Positions 40,956 through 54,319 of a stretch of 64,000 nt of DNA are shown piece by piece. Location of the stretch: NCBI GenBank assembly GCA_951406725.2, contig OX597816.1, positions 84,940,001-85,004,000 of the forward strand, read 5' to 3'. The notes beneath the pieces were generated by a model that did not search any database, had not been told where the DNA came from, and saw only the letters and a list, made by a program, of their open reading frames with translations. The first letter of the stretch is position 1. Each line of letters opens with the position of its first letter. Made by a program: the position numbers and the translations under genes. This DNA comes from Octopus vulgaris. Its lineage: Eukaryota.

Positions 40956-41268
40956 GGAGGCGCAATGGTCCATTGGTTAGGGCAGTGGACTCACGGTCGT
41001 AGGATCGCAGTTTTGATTCCCGGACCGGGCGTTGTGAATTCCCGGACCGAGGCTCCGGCAGGTGTGGTGGTGAACCCTGCTGTACTTTTTCACCACAACT
41101 TTCTCTCACTCATTCATCCTGTCTCACTCTGTTTTACGCTGAATCCCACCGAGAACTACGTTAAGGGTATACGTATCTGTGGAGTGCGCAGCCACTTGCA
41201 CCTTAATTTCACGAGCAGTTTGTTCCGTCGATCGGATCAGCTGGAACCCACGTGGTCGTAACTGGCGC
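40956..41268 (+). mobile_element. tRNA-derived SINE, family C
   Basis: GGAGGCGCAATGGTCCATTGGTTAGGGCAGTGGACTCACGGTCGTAGGATCGCAGTTTTGATTCCCGGACCGGGCG is a tRNA-like head with A/B boxes, followed by an unrelated body. Confidence 0.7.
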
Positions 41269-42447
41269 CTTAAAACTACTTTCTCTTAATGCCGTGCCGA
41301 ACGTATCAAAGTTTTCTCGACTACTTTGTGTGTAACAGTTTTAGATCCATTTGCTTGCATTTAGGATATCTAGAGAGAAAAAGAAAACACAAGCGGAATA
41401 ATTTCAATCCTGAGGGAGGTTGTCTTCAACATTTCAGCGATCAATTACACACTTTGGGCATCCACAGAGTTGCTCATTAACAGCCTAATTTCATGAAGAA
41501 TATAAAGGAATTGGGTACCCCTATTTGCAAACATAATGCATTATTGACAGCTACTTCAGTATATTACTTGTATGTAAACTGCGTTTTCTTCCTCCGCTAT
41601 ATTGTGCAACAAATATAGCTATAAATGGTATTTATTGACTGCTATAAGTATTTCACCTTTATATACAATATATTCGAGGACAGTAAAGAGAACTGAAAAT
41701 CAATAAAACTTAACGTGAATTGTGAATAGAAACATACGTCGCACCGTTTTTTATAACATTTTCAAACGGATTTAACATTTTAATGCTTGGATTAAATCTA
41801 TTTGAAAATATAGTTAAATTCATATAAATATGTTTTACATCAGTTGCTAGCTCCCACACGTCTACTTAAGTTTAAATTATTTTTCTCTTTTTTTTGTAAT
41901 TTATTGTCAAGGGGAAATTGCTCTAAAATGAAGTCGTATTTCGTAAATGATGATGTATGATGTCGTACACGATGGCGTCGAAGAATATCGTTTCAAAATA
42001 TTGAAATTTCAATTCAGATATCCCTGAATGATGAAACTAAATAGATGTGAGTTTTAAAAAATCGTATGCTCTTTGGTAATTTATTTTTGAATCAACATAG
42101 CCGTACTACCTGTATTTAAAATTGCAAATTATCGACGAAAATCCTGAAATTCGGAACCACGGCATATCAGAAGCAACATGGCAGAAACCACGAAAATAAA
42201 TGTGTATACTTCTATGTGAGAATGTACGTAAGAAGTTGTGAGCGAGCGTAGAGACATATCTATGATTTCAATTTAATGCAGTTCTGACAGAATCGTAATA
42301 GATGTCGACCAATTACAGATTTCATAATCTCTAGGTATATTCAAAGTTTTTCTTATTAAATCTCTTTCGCAATGAAAAAGTATATATTTGCATACATACC
42401 GATTAATCCGAAGAAAACAATTTGTCAAGCAGCACAATTTTGCAGCA

Positions 42448-42474
42448 GTAGTAGTATTAGTAATAGTAGTAGTA

Positions 42475-42526
<52 letters not shown>

Positions 42527-42613
42527 CAGTAGTAGTAGTAGTAGCAAAAGCAGCAGCAACAGTAGTAATAGTAATATTATTATTATTATTATTATTACTA
42601 TTATTATCATTAA

Positions 42614-42660
<47 letters not shown>

Positions 42661-42668
42661 CTAGTAGT
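42448..42668. repeat. (TAG)n-(TAT)n-(TAG)n compound microsatellite
   Basis: Source of the poly-S/V/L ORFs. Confidence 0.95.
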
Positions 42669-43319
42669 AAGGATGGATGGATATCTATATGTTAAAGCGA
42701 CATATGTAAAAATATCTTGTTTATTAAGATCAAGATATAACCGTTAGCGAATTATTTAATGTACTGTCCTATCCGCAATATGCATATACGTTGCATGTTT
42801 TCTTGAATAAAACCTACATATGTTATCCATCTACACACACATATAAGTATATATCTTTATACTCACAAGCACACCATACACACACTCACAAACACAGACA
42901 CATGCGCAAGCATATATATATAAATACATACGTATCTACATAAACAGATAATAATGTGCTCATGACAGCGATATTTTGAATACCTTCCGTTGACATCTCG
43001 TTCGAAGCACTTGTTTTCCGAAGGACACAAACACAGCGTGATTTAATGCATTTCGTTAGCTGGAATTTTCCATAAGATCTTGAAGTTTTTATTGAAAGAT
43101 AGCGAGGAAGGTGAATTAAACTGCTGGAAGGCTTGAAACATATTTCTCGCTTCTTTCCATAATTTCTCTCCTTCTCTTTTTCTCACAAAATCGTCAGCGT
43201 TTATATATATATATATAAATAAGCGCACATATGCATATACACACTCACACACAGACATACATATATACCTTTCATATCTATATCTATTGTTAGATATGTA
43301 TATATATTCATCAAATTCA

Positions 43320-43352
<33 letters not shown>

Positions 43353-44959
43353 GTATGTATATATATATATATATATGTATGTATGTGTGTATATATGTAT
43401 GTGCATATGCATACGCACACACACACATACACACAAAACTGGTAATATCACGCGTACATATCTATGTGCAAAGTACGTGTGCGCATGGCTGTCCATGTGT
43501 GTGTGTATTTGCGTTTGCATGTCTTTATGTGTATGTGAGTGTGAGTATATGTGTGTGAGAGAGAGAGAGAGAAAGAGTGAGAAAGACATTGAAAGAGAAT
43601 ACGAAATACGTGTATGTTGATGTGTAAATTCGTGATACGATGTCTGTTTATGTAAGATTATGCATATGGCTGTGTAAGTGTTCTTGGGTGAATGTGATAT
43701 TATGTGTCTTTTCGAAATCAATATATTATTTTCCTCAAATGTCTCGAAGTATCTAAAGTAATACCGAAGTTGTCTAAACATGCTAGAATCATTAAAAATA
43801 ACAAGACTTACAATGATGTTTTCTATCATCATCACCTCATAACCGCCATAGCCATAACTTCCATCACATCATTATCAAAATAGCCATAATCCTTTTTCTT
43901 CTTACCACCATCATCATACTCCGTACTACTTTGACCTAACAGTGTCAATAAGAAACAATGAATTCTAAATTCGCAATAAAGTGTAATTTAGAAGGATTTA
44001 ACAACTCAGAAGGGATTCTCACAGCTAATATGGAAATAATTAAATACTGAACTGAGTTGGACTCAGCACTGTATCTCAACACTGTATCTTCAGATGTATT
44101 ACATGTATTTATGTTTCCATTCCTTCTTGAATTTTGTACAACTTATTTATCATTTTACTCACCTCTTGATGTATTTTATTTCATGATGGTAGTTTATTGT
44201 ATTGAAGAACTGATCACGCGTTCACAAAGAAATTGCACTTCGTATTTTCCGCGATTAGATGAAGTTTTATTAAACTTCCTCTTTCAGTCTCTTTGAATTA
44301 CAAACGAAGAAATGAATACATATGGATCAATCAGCAATCAGCATCAGTATAAACAACACCAATAAAAAAAGTACTGATAGGACCATCGTCTCTTTCAACA
44401 GCTGTAATAAGAGGTCATTCAAATTTGGGTGTTGAGACCAGCAGCGACAGCATCCTTAAGACAGGACAGAGCAAAAATGCAACCGAAAATATGGCCCGAT
44501 CCACCAGCCAAATATCTATTTCCGCAGGTTTTGAAAAGGAGGAACAAAAGTGGCGGCATCAGAAAATCGGTGAAAATATCAGTCTCTGACTGGTAAACAT
44601 CAGTGCGTCAAAATATGGGTAGGTAAATAGTACATATATAATATTTGAGAAATTATCGTCGAGTAGAGTCATCATCGACATACGCGTTCTCATATACCTG
44701 CAACATCCCAAAGCAATCCCGTACATGAGTCTTGAGATGAACACTTTAAAGTTCCGTAATCAATGTATACAACCGAGCTGATAAACTTATGGCGGCAAAA
44801 CCTATCTAAATCCTTTCTACAGACCAAGTCTGAGGGAACAAAATTACCTATCAAATATCCAAGAATCTGTTCACTAGAATCTGTCAGCTGTTCACTACCA
44901 GTGAACTAAGGTAACACCTCTTATTTTTCGAGCACCTTCCGGAGTATAATAATGAAGGC

Positions 44960-45151
<192 letters not shown>

Positions 45152-45294
45152 TATGGGTTTTTCTCCTTTCAAATTTGCTTCCATTTCTTGCCGAGTGTCT
45201 TCCCGACTCCTAGGGAAAAGAAACTCATAGTTCGTTCATTTTCTTTTTTTGATAGAAATAAAGTTAAATTAAAATACATGGGTAGTAATAGTTC

Positions 45295-47715
45295 TCACAT
45301 CGACAATGCTCTTCTCAATACGTGTGATGTACCAGTTAAGACAATCTTTTGCACTTCTTGCACGGATGGTAAGCCAGGGATCATTCTCATATAATTTTCG
45401 GTTCCCTTCTTGATCATGCCTAGTGCTCCTACGATCACTGATATTGTAACCGCCTTGAGATGCCGCATTTTCTCAATTTCAATGAGCAGGTCTTTATATT
45501 TTCTGAGCTTGTCAAATTCTTTCGTCGAGATATTATGATCACAGGGGATGCTCATGTCGATCAATAAGCAAACTTTATTGTTTTGGTCTTTCACAACAAT
45601 ATCCGGTTTATTGGCTTTGATGGTTCGGTCTGTATGTACTGGAAAGTCCCACAGAATCGTTAGATTTTCTTCTTCAGTTACAGCTTCAGGGTGGTGATTA
45701 TACCACTTGTCGGCAGTTTTGATATTGTAATGCCGACTTATTAGCCAGTGTAGATATTGGCCAACTCTGTCATGTCTTAATTTATACTCCACTGGTGCTA
45801 AGACTTTACATCCAGAGATTAGGTGGTCCACTGTTTCAATCATGTCGTTGCAGAATCGGCATTTTGGGTCTGCTCCATTTTTCATCACATTGACCTGAGA
45901 GTTATGGGTTAATAGGCTTTGACCTTGAGCAGCCAGGATGAAACCTTCGCTCTCTGCTTTTAGCCCTGAGCTCCGTAGCCACTGATAGGTTTGCTTCTGG
46001 TCAACATCAGCTTGTTTGCTACGGGCCACATATTTGCCGTGCAGAGGTTTCTCCTCCCACCTATCAGCCAATTGCTCGTGCGCTTTTTTCGTTGCCATTA
46101 TTTTCACTTTCTTTGCAACAATAGTTGCCGTACTTCCCTCGGGTTGTTCAGTTTGGGTATCTTGCACGAGGTCAATAGCAAATTTTTTGCTTTCCTTTAT
46201 GATAGAATGAAGCTTCTTTCGTCTCTCTTGATTTTCCACGAGCTTTAGCATCCAGTCATTCGTTATTTCAAGATATTTGGCCAGTCCAATTGTGGTTGTT
46301 TTGTAAGGTAGTTCAAATTGGATCAGGCCTCGACCTCCTTGGGCTTTGGGGAGGTAAAGGCGATCTACGTCTGCCTTTGGGTGGTGCGTCCTATTACAAC
46401 TCAGCAGCTTGCGTATTTTCCTATCTATTTTCTTTACTTCACCCATATGCCAGTTCAACACTTTGTAGCTATAAGTAACAACTGGAACTGCTAAGAAATT
46501 TATAGCTAACACCTTGTTACGTGCATTTAGTTCAGATTTCAAAACTGCTCGAATTCTCCTATAACATTCCTTCCTGACCTTCTCTTTAATGCTTGCATGC
46601 TGAATACCAGAGCCTTCATTTATCCCTAAATATTTGTAGGTTTGTTCTTGCTCAAGCTCTCTTATGACTGTGCCAACATCTAACACGACTGAATTTGTGG
46701 TCTTCACTTTCCCTTTCTGGAAAGTGGCCTTGGCACACTTCTCAAGCCCAAACTCCATTCCGATGTCATCACTGAATGCTTTCACAGTGCGCAATAGGCC
46801 TTCAAGTTCATTATCGTCTTTACCATAGAGTTTTAAGTCATCCATATAAAATAGATGGCTTATTTTTTTATTGACAATTTTATACCCATACCCTGTTCTG
46901 TTTAATTCACTTGTAAGGGGTATTAGGGCTATGCAGAATATTAAAGGTGAAAGTGAGTCACCTTGAAAAATGCCACAGTTGATGTTTATATTCTCTGAGA
47001 CAAGTACTCCATTAGAGTGGTATAATTGGAAATTCGTATTCCACAACGACATATTATGCTTCACGAAGCTTGAAATCACAGGGGAAATTTTGAAGATGTC
47101 CAGCGATTTCAAGATCCATGAATTCGGTATACTGTCGAAGGCCTTTTTATAGTCAATCCATGAGAAGCTGAGATTTCTGCGATTGTTGTGACAGTTCTCA
47201 AGGATCATACGATTAATTAGCAGTTGATCTTTGCATCCGTATGAGCCTCGACGGCACCCTTTTTGTTCAATGGGGAAAATATCGTTCTTCTCCACGAATG
47301 CATATGTTTTCTCCGCCAGGATAGATGTTAGGATTTTATACGTGGCGGATAAATAGGTTATAGGCCGATAGTTTTTTGGAAGTTTCGTTTCGTTATTCTT
47401 TGGGAGTAGATAAGTAATGCCACTTGCTAACAATTCAGGTGTTTTCTTTGGGTCTCTCATAATTCCATTGAGCAGCTGAACAAGCTTACCGTGTGCGCAT
47501 GAGCGCCAGAAATTCGGCATCCTATCTTTACCGGGTGATTTCCAATTAGGGGCCTTCGTGAGTGCCTTTCTTAGGTGTGCTATTGTGATGTCTTCCCATG
47601 CTTGTTGTTGTAAATTTTGGTAGGATCCTTCTGTTTGTATAATCCAGTCTGCATTTATGTTGTACGTCTTCTCGTCACTCCAAATCCTTTTCCAAAAGTT
47701 TTGAACTTCTTCCAT
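45295..47715 (-). CDS. Dong/R4 polyprotein: RT, zinc knuckle and restriction-like endonuclease (806 aa open)
   Basis: NYRPIT, EQKGC, WIDYKKAFDS, GIFQGDSLSPL, YMDD, YKYLG, CRFC..ETVDHLISGC, RHD, KPDIVV..IDMSIP..K. Confidence 0.9.
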   Translation of the reverse strand: MEEVQNFWKRIWSDEKTYNINADWIIQTEGSYQNLQQQAWEDITIAHLRKALTKAPNWKSPGKDRMPNFWRSCAHGKLVQLLNGIMRDPKKTPELLASGITYLLPKNNETKLPKNYRPITYLSATYKILTSILAEKTYAFVEKNDIFPIEQKGCRRGSYGCKDQLLINRMILENCHNNRRNLSFSWIDYKKAFDSIPNSWILKSLDIFKISPVISSFVKHNMSLWNTNFQLYHSNGVLVSENININCGIFQGDSLSPLIFCIALIPLTSELNRTGYGYKIVNKKISHLFYMDDLKLYGKDDNELEGLLRTVKAFSDDIGMEFGLEKCAKATFQKGKVKTTNSVVLDVGTVIRELEQEQTYKYLGINEGSGIQHASIKEKVRKECYRRIRAVLKSELNARNKVLAINFLAVPVVTYSYKVLNWHMGEVKKIDRKIRKLLSCNRTHHPKADVDRLYLPKAQGGRGLIQFELPYKTTTIGLAKYLEITNDWMLKLVENQERRKKLHSIIKESKKFAIDLVQDTQTEQPEGSTATIVAKKVKIMATKKAHEQLADRWEEKPLHGKYVARSKQADVDQKQTYQWLRSSGLKAESEGFILAAQGQSLLTHNSQVNVMKNGADPKCRFCNDMIETVDHLISGCKVLAPVEYKLRHDRVGQYLHWLISRHYNIKTADKWYNHHPEAVTEEENLTILWDFPVHTDRTIKANKPDIVVKDQNNKVCLLIDMSIPCDHNISTKEFDKLRKYKDLLIEIEKMRHLKAVTISVIVGALGMIKKGTENYMRMIPGLPSVQEVQKIVLTGTSHVLRRALSM

Positions 47716-47750
47716 GGGAGGGGGGTCTTTAACGGTTACTTTCTCCTTCC

Positions 47751-48360
47751 CTATTTCTCTGTAGAATTTTTTGGCATCGGATGTAAACAGCTTATTTTGC
47801 TTGTAAAACTTGTTTCTCTTCTCAAATCTTTGTATTCTTTGAGCTTTTGCTTGGATTTTTTTTGTTTCAGCGTTTCTTTTATTGATATCAATTCTTGTCT
47901 TGGTGAGGATCCAAATTTTCTCTTCATCTTTCTTCCTGTTCTGGATCTTACATCATTTCCACATACTAGCTCATTTAATATTGATATTTCCCCTCTCATA
48001 AATTCAATCTCTTTTTCAATTTTACTTTTCCAGGTTTGATTTCTTCCCAGGTTTGGTTTTCTTTGTTTTTTCGGGGGCATACAGCTGGTTTCAATTGCCC
48101 TAGCAGAAGCGTAAATAATTTCATTTAACTCAGTAAAATCAGGTTTTAATTCTTGTATTATTTCATTTGTTACATAGTTGCCAATTTTGATTTGTTTTTT
48201 ATTTTGGTTTGTATTTGAGAGTTTATGAAGTGGTTCTCTATCATTCATACTTGTATGTCTTACAACTTCAAGCGTATTCAGGATTTTTTGCCTCATTTCT
48301 GCCATAAACTCTCTGTGTTCTTCAGCAAATGCGAGATCATCAGTTACTGTTGTTTTGTCA
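47751..48360 (-). pseudogene. N-terminal continuation of the Dong/R4 ORF, joined by one 1-bp frameshift
   Basis: Removing one A from the A-run at ~47856-47863 gives QKIQAKAQRIQRFEKRNKFYKQNKLF...DPPPMEEV, in frame with the 806-aa ORF. Confidence 0.85.
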
Positions 48361-48362
48361 TC

Positions 48363-48450
<88 letters not shown>
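48363..48450. repeat. (TTA)n microsatellite at the 5' junction of the Dong/R4 element
   Basis: Pure TTA run. Confidence 0.97.
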
Positions 48451-50174
48451 CGCTGTTACTTTTGATGTCATCATTTTTGCTTGTACTTTAGCCTTTGATT
48501 TGTAAACTTTGTTCAACCGTTTGAGGTATACATATTTACGTATTAATAAAATTTATATTAGTCGAGTGCCCTGTTGGAAGTATACGATTGACATCTACCT
48601 GGTAAATTTCTGTATATGTCTCCGTTTATGAAATCTTCCTGCACCTTCTTCTTTTCTTCATACTCCTTCCTGTTTTTCTTTTCCTCTTCCTCATCATTAC
48701 CGTCAGCATTGCCATTATCACCGTTATCAACATCGTAATAACATTCACAACATCCTTACATTAATGATCATCGTCTTACCTACTTTCTTATTCAAGACAA
48801 TAATTATTTTGCTCCCGGTTAGTTACGATAGCAGAGTTATGATCAAAATCATTCCTTGTTGTCCCTCGTCCTGCTCTCTAAGCATTCATATTTCCTACCA
48901 CTATTGAATATACTGCACTTAATGTGCGGAACAGACACTAGAAATGCAATCAGTGAAATTTCCTTTCTTTGACTCGGAAACACAAGGTCTGGGGTTTCAG
49001 ATGAAATATTTCAATTTTCTTTATTTAAAATTGTTTGAGGCTCATTAGCATTTTATAAACATCTATAATTAATCTATATTCAAATCTGGCTAAGTGGTTA
49101 AGTATTAGAGTATCAGCTAATAGAATAAATTAAATATATTGATTTGAATGAAATATAACTATCTGCAGGCATTTCATTATGTTTCCAGGAGAGGATAGTT
49201 AATTGTAATGTTTCCCAACTGACCCGAATATCAATAAGTCATTAACTTGAAGAGCGCGAGAGATCTGCAATCCATTTTCTGAGAATTTAAAATCAAATAT
49301 GAGCTTTAAATCTGATTTCCACATGGTTTCGTGTCCCCGTAGTCTTTGGAAATAAAATGAGCAAAAGAAACCAAAGAAGTGAAACCAAGAGAAAGTTTCC
49401 TCAGATCATACTCTGCCATCTTAAAACTGAGTGATGGACACATCGAAACATTTCATGCTTGATACGCTTAGACAAAAGGGATAATCAACATAGGATTGGC
49501 TTTTCATATATGTATATTAGAGCGGAGTAGGGTTGGTGTTAATACCAATAAAAACATCAAAGAAAGATTCACGGGCCACTTTAATCGCAAGGAAGAGAAG
49601 CTGACTCTCACTCAAATCATACTCTGCTGTCTTGAAATACTACCTTGGACAACCTAGTTCAAGTTATATATGATAATCGTAGATAGGACAAGTTTGGAGT
49701 TAGAACTGCTAAGATGAGATAACATAGACCTAAACCACAACACGATTATCATAACTTCAGCTAAATTAAAATTCTTCTCAATTTCTTAATTTCATAACTA
49801 ATATGTTGTTTATAGTTTTATAATTATTCAGGCAGATATAAGGAAAAAGGGGAGATTCTTCTAAGTATATTACTGATCAGGGTTATGAAAATTATGGTTT
49901 TGATCATAGGAAGCTACATTAATCATTATGATTTATTTATCACTTTTCTCAGTGGTTGAGGGTAATGTACTTGAAGTTAATATATTAACGATACTTATGT
50001 ATTTGAAATTTACGATACCCATCTCATCGCCAACGTTATTTGACATCTACGTGATACTTCTGACCTAAATCCATAGTAAAATGAAAATGGAATATGTGCT
50101 GGATGGTATTAATATCAACTATGTGTTATTCATGAACGGTTTAAAGCTATTTCCAAAAGTTACTATAAATCTGA

Positions 50175-51460
50175 TCAGTCAGGGTATTAAGATGGAGTTT
50201 GGGATAAAAAATGAGGCGCTGTAACCCTGAAAACTAGCAAAGAGTAGAGACAGCCAACTTGCAAACGGCTCCAGTGTAAAAGAAATTGTAGAGATACAGG
50301 TACTTAGGAATCTGTGAGTTGGATAAGATGAAAGAAAAAGAAATGATGTTCGAAAAAAGAATTTCTCAGGCGAATGAGACTTGTGATATCGTCTACATTG
50401 AATGAGAGGAACAAGAACAATGGATACATGGCACGTATCTCCCATTGCCCACGGGGGTAGGAGTTATTAAATAGAGGACAGATGAATTAAAAATCTATTG
50501 ATAGAAAAAGCAGGAAATTCATGGCAGTGCATAACGAACTTCATCAAAAGAATGATGTTGCAAGATTTTATGTTGGGAAAAAGAAAGGAGGCAGATGACT
50601 AATGAATTGTAAAATTTTTGGTAAAAGCGAAGTAAACAACCTAGCTTGGTACCTTAACAATGGAAAGGATAACATCATGTCAGAGATAAGACACCGTGAC
50701 ATACTGAAAACTGCTGATGCAGTAACACTGAATGAGTGCAAAATGAAAGTGAAAAGGAAATTGAAATGGAATTGATGGACAAAATTATGCACGGGCAGTA
50801 CACTAGAGATAAAGTAGGCATTGCTTAGAACAGGCGATGGTCGTGACTTAGAGATGAGGATTTGAAAGGATGCACAGGAGCGCTGATATGCAGCGCCTAG
50901 AAACAGACTTTCCAAACTAACTACATTATACATCATGCTGACAAAACGTAAGAATCAACTTAATGTAGAACGAGTGAGAAGCAGCATGGGTGTGGCTTAG
51001 CAAAGGTGACCTTAAATGGAGTACCTAAAGCCTGCTCATCGCTGCCCAGGACCATGAACTAAATACCAACTCAGTGAAAGGGGATACATGCAAAACAAGT
51101 ACAACAAACTTTTGCTAATGAGTGGGAAGAAGGCCAAAAGCGTCACTTATGTTGTTAGTGTGGGTAAAAGTCTGGCGCAGAAATACTACAAGCAGAGATA
51201 CTCTAGGGTAGCCCTAAAACTTAACTGGCTACTGAACCCGAAGTATAGATATGACGTAACAGATGCTTGATATCAACACACACCAGAAAAGGAATGAACG
51301 AAAACGGGGAGGCAAAGATCCTCTGAGTCTTTGGTTTCCGGATACAGATGTTGGGACACCGAAGGCCGGATATAATAGCCTTTAAGAAAGACATGAAAGA
51401 GTGCCTGAAATTGATGTGGGAGTGCCAGTAGATCAACGTATTGTAAAGAAAAATAGAGAA
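50175..51460 (+). mobile_element. Ancient degraded Dong/R4 copy
   Basis: IKMEFGIK, YRYLGICELDKMKEKEM, EYLK and HRRPDII...KEC..IDVGVP.D traces in the expected order. Confidence 0.7.
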
Positions 51461-52488
51461 ATTGTCAACAAATATGTACCTTTTTAATTCTGACCTTTAC
51501 GCTGTGAAAGCAAAAGGATTAAATCCAATAATACCCCCCAAAAATAATAATAAAAACAGCAAAGATACTCCCACAACTTGTGATTGTGCTTACAGTATGT
51601 TCACAAAGAGAAACACCTACAGTTTGTTCACAAAGTTTTACATGCATTAATAAAGTCTAGGCATTAACATAACACGAAATAGAATCAATTAAACATTTTC
51701 CCTAACTCCTTTCCATAAGAACCAACCTTAGAAACGTAATTACCACTCTGCGCAAACCCACAGAGTCTACATAAAGGCAAGACTAGCTTAAATGCATCGC
51801 TGTTCGACGTCGGCTTAGCTGGCCGAAACTTTGAGCTTACAGTCTACAACATTATTGTTTAAGAATAACAAGTATGTATAGAGTAATCCACCAGATTAAT
51901 GTAAAACATTTAAAAAAAAAATTATAAATGAATATAAAGACAAACGTTAATATAACATCTATATTCGTGTATGTTCAGCATCTATACGTCTATGTAACTG
52001 AAATTTTGCATAGCGTTATACCATTTTATTGAGAAGCTCATAGAAAGTATAGCGTATTCAAATATTGTTACTCGAAGTTTCAGAGAGAAAAAAAAACAAC
52101 TTGGGAGAAAAACTAGTAAACTTTTATAACCCTAAAATCTGTAGTAGATACTAGAAGTAGTTAGTGTTGCGAAAAATAATTTAAGAAGACTAATTTAAAA
52201 AAAATATATTATAATACGTTTTAAGAAAACAAAAACGTATATTTCACTAGAAGATAATGTAAATATAAAAATAATGCTTTCTTTCTATATTTGTTCATCT
52301 TTTCTCACTTTTTATAAATATCAAATTGAAAAATTTGGTTTGTTTGTAAACAAGAAGTTTGAGTGAATTAATACACTCTGACCAAGTGAAAATCATCATC
52401 AGGGAAAACGTGATATATATATATATATGTGTGTGTGCGTGTGTGTGTACGTATGCATGTATATCTATATATATATATATACATATAC

Positions 52489-52564
<76 letters not shown>

Positions 52565-52779
52565 GTATGTGTGTGTGAGTGTATTTATAGTTTAATGTTC
52601 CGTTATGTTAGGATCAGCAAAAAGTACTCCATCCACTGAGAGATACATATCATTTAACGTGCACAATATTGAAATATGAACTGCTCACAGAGGCACTGTA
52701 ATTAGGCCTTGTTTGATCGACTCTGTCGTCTAAGTGGCCGAATACGCAGCAGCGCTTGAAGATGACGTAATAGAAAAAA

Positions 52780-53330
52780 ATTACGTCGGTTTATGCGAAG
52801 TCAATTTTAAAAGACGTTGTATAAACCTTCAGTCTTCTTTCTAGCATGTCAGCAAAAATAAAGCCAAAAAAGTTTCCTAGCGATTTATGGGGTGGGAAGA
52901 CAAACTGCAGATCACGTATAATCAAGTGAGGAATAACGGAGAAATCAGTGCTATATGTAAAGAGGGCAAAGAGATGTAACTTTTGCGTAGCTGAAAGATC
53001 GTATATTCTCTTTAGATCCAAGAATTCCACCAAATTACTTGATTCAAAGTCCATAATTTCCAGCGAATGTCGAACAGGAGGACACCATTCTTTCCAGGTT
53101 GAGCAGTTGTCTCGCATACTTTGGGCTTCTGCCCGTTTAGTTATTCTATACCAGCAAAATTAGTTATTATTTCTACGGTCAAATTGTATGTAACCCTTAA
53201 TTTTCTTTCTTTTCTTCCCTTCTTTTACCGTTTCTATTCATCCATTGCCTTTTCATTTCAGTTTTTGCGCCAATCTTCTCTATTTGTTTGTCTCTTTGTT
53301 TCTCATGCTGAAGATTGCTTGGTAACACAA
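52780..53330 (+). mobile_element. Degraded PLE 3' end (GIY-YIG C-terminus with decayed CTGAAGA box)
   Basis: KRCNFCVAERSYILF...LLDSKSIISSECR in ORF 52948..53163; CTGAAGATTGC at ~53308. Confidence 0.65.
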
Positions 53331-54316
53331 GGTACATTATATAAATCTGTTTGACTGCAGTGTCTCTATTGCATAAAATTATTAAACCTCTTATTTTGAT
53401 ACTGTGTACGTTAAATTATACAGACACAGACATATATGTGGGAGTTTCAGTTTCACCTAGTCATTCTTGCGGTATTCTTAAATTTGATTTCAACGAATCG
53501 ATTCGGAAGGTATGCTGTTTAGAGGGAAGGTAATTCGTCGATAATATCAACACAAATGCATGAGTTGTCCTTTATTTTATTCACTCCATAGAATAAACGG
53601 CAAAGCTGGTTAGTGTCAGATATGAGCATAGACCACAAAGCTTTTTACTCGATACACTAAAGGTTCCGCCAGCTCAAACTAATAAACAGTATTTAATATA
53701 TGTATATTTACGCGGACACACACACGCACACATATACACACATACATACAGATATATGAATGTGTGTGTGTGAATTCTATTCACTAGAAATGAATCTATC
53801 AGACTATACAAATTTTAATTAAAAGCTATAAGTAATTTGATTTTGCCCCGTACTGCTCATTTGCTACAACGTGCACCATTAGCTACATTCATTTATATAT
53901 AAATATACACCAATTTATATGAAATTCAAATACTTAATTAAACCTGCCTCTTTGTAGGATTGTTTTGCAAAATTGAATTTTCCATAAGTGCTATTTGTAC
54001 AATTGTTTTTCAAAATTTATTTTTCCATAATTAAACCTAACCATTTGTCCAATTGTTTTCCAAAATGTATATTCCTGAAATATATGAAAGGCTAATCTTT
54101 ATGCTTTCTACAATATCATAGGAATTATTTAAATGAATTTAAATGTAAAAAAAAGAAGATAAAATAACTATTCTATTGTAACAGTACTACGTCTATGTTT
54201 GAATGTATAGAAATTTTCATCTAAAGCATAAGTATGAACATTTACACAATTCGCAGCAGCACGGGAGTCCTAGTGTGTGCAGAAACATAAATTTATAGAT
54301 GAATATTCTCTCTTAC

Positions 54317-54319
54317 CTG
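54317..54319 (-). other. Candidate 3-nt microexon (CAG)
   Basis: Minus strand TACTAAT branch point, AG-free spacer with TGC motifs, then GCAG|CAG|GTAAGAG. Confidence 0.3.

Larger units (their letters stand above)
45152..48362 (-). mobile_element. Dong/R4-clade RLE non-LTR retrotransposon, 5'-truncated, inserted in (TAA)n
   Basis: RT with HLFYMDDLKLY, CCHC knuckle, RHD and PD..D..K endonuclease; ~140-nt 3' UTR; (TAA)n on the element strand at both junctions. Confidence 0.93.

Noticed and set aside
40956-41030. tRNA gene
   Set aside because: Imperfect cloverleaf, mutated B box, continues into a SINE body
48810-49920. Cluster of similar degraded fragments (CAGATCATACTCTGC, TTTTGATCATA; a similar one near 14380)
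   Set aside because: Probably old copies of another interspersed repeat, but boundaries and class cannot be defined
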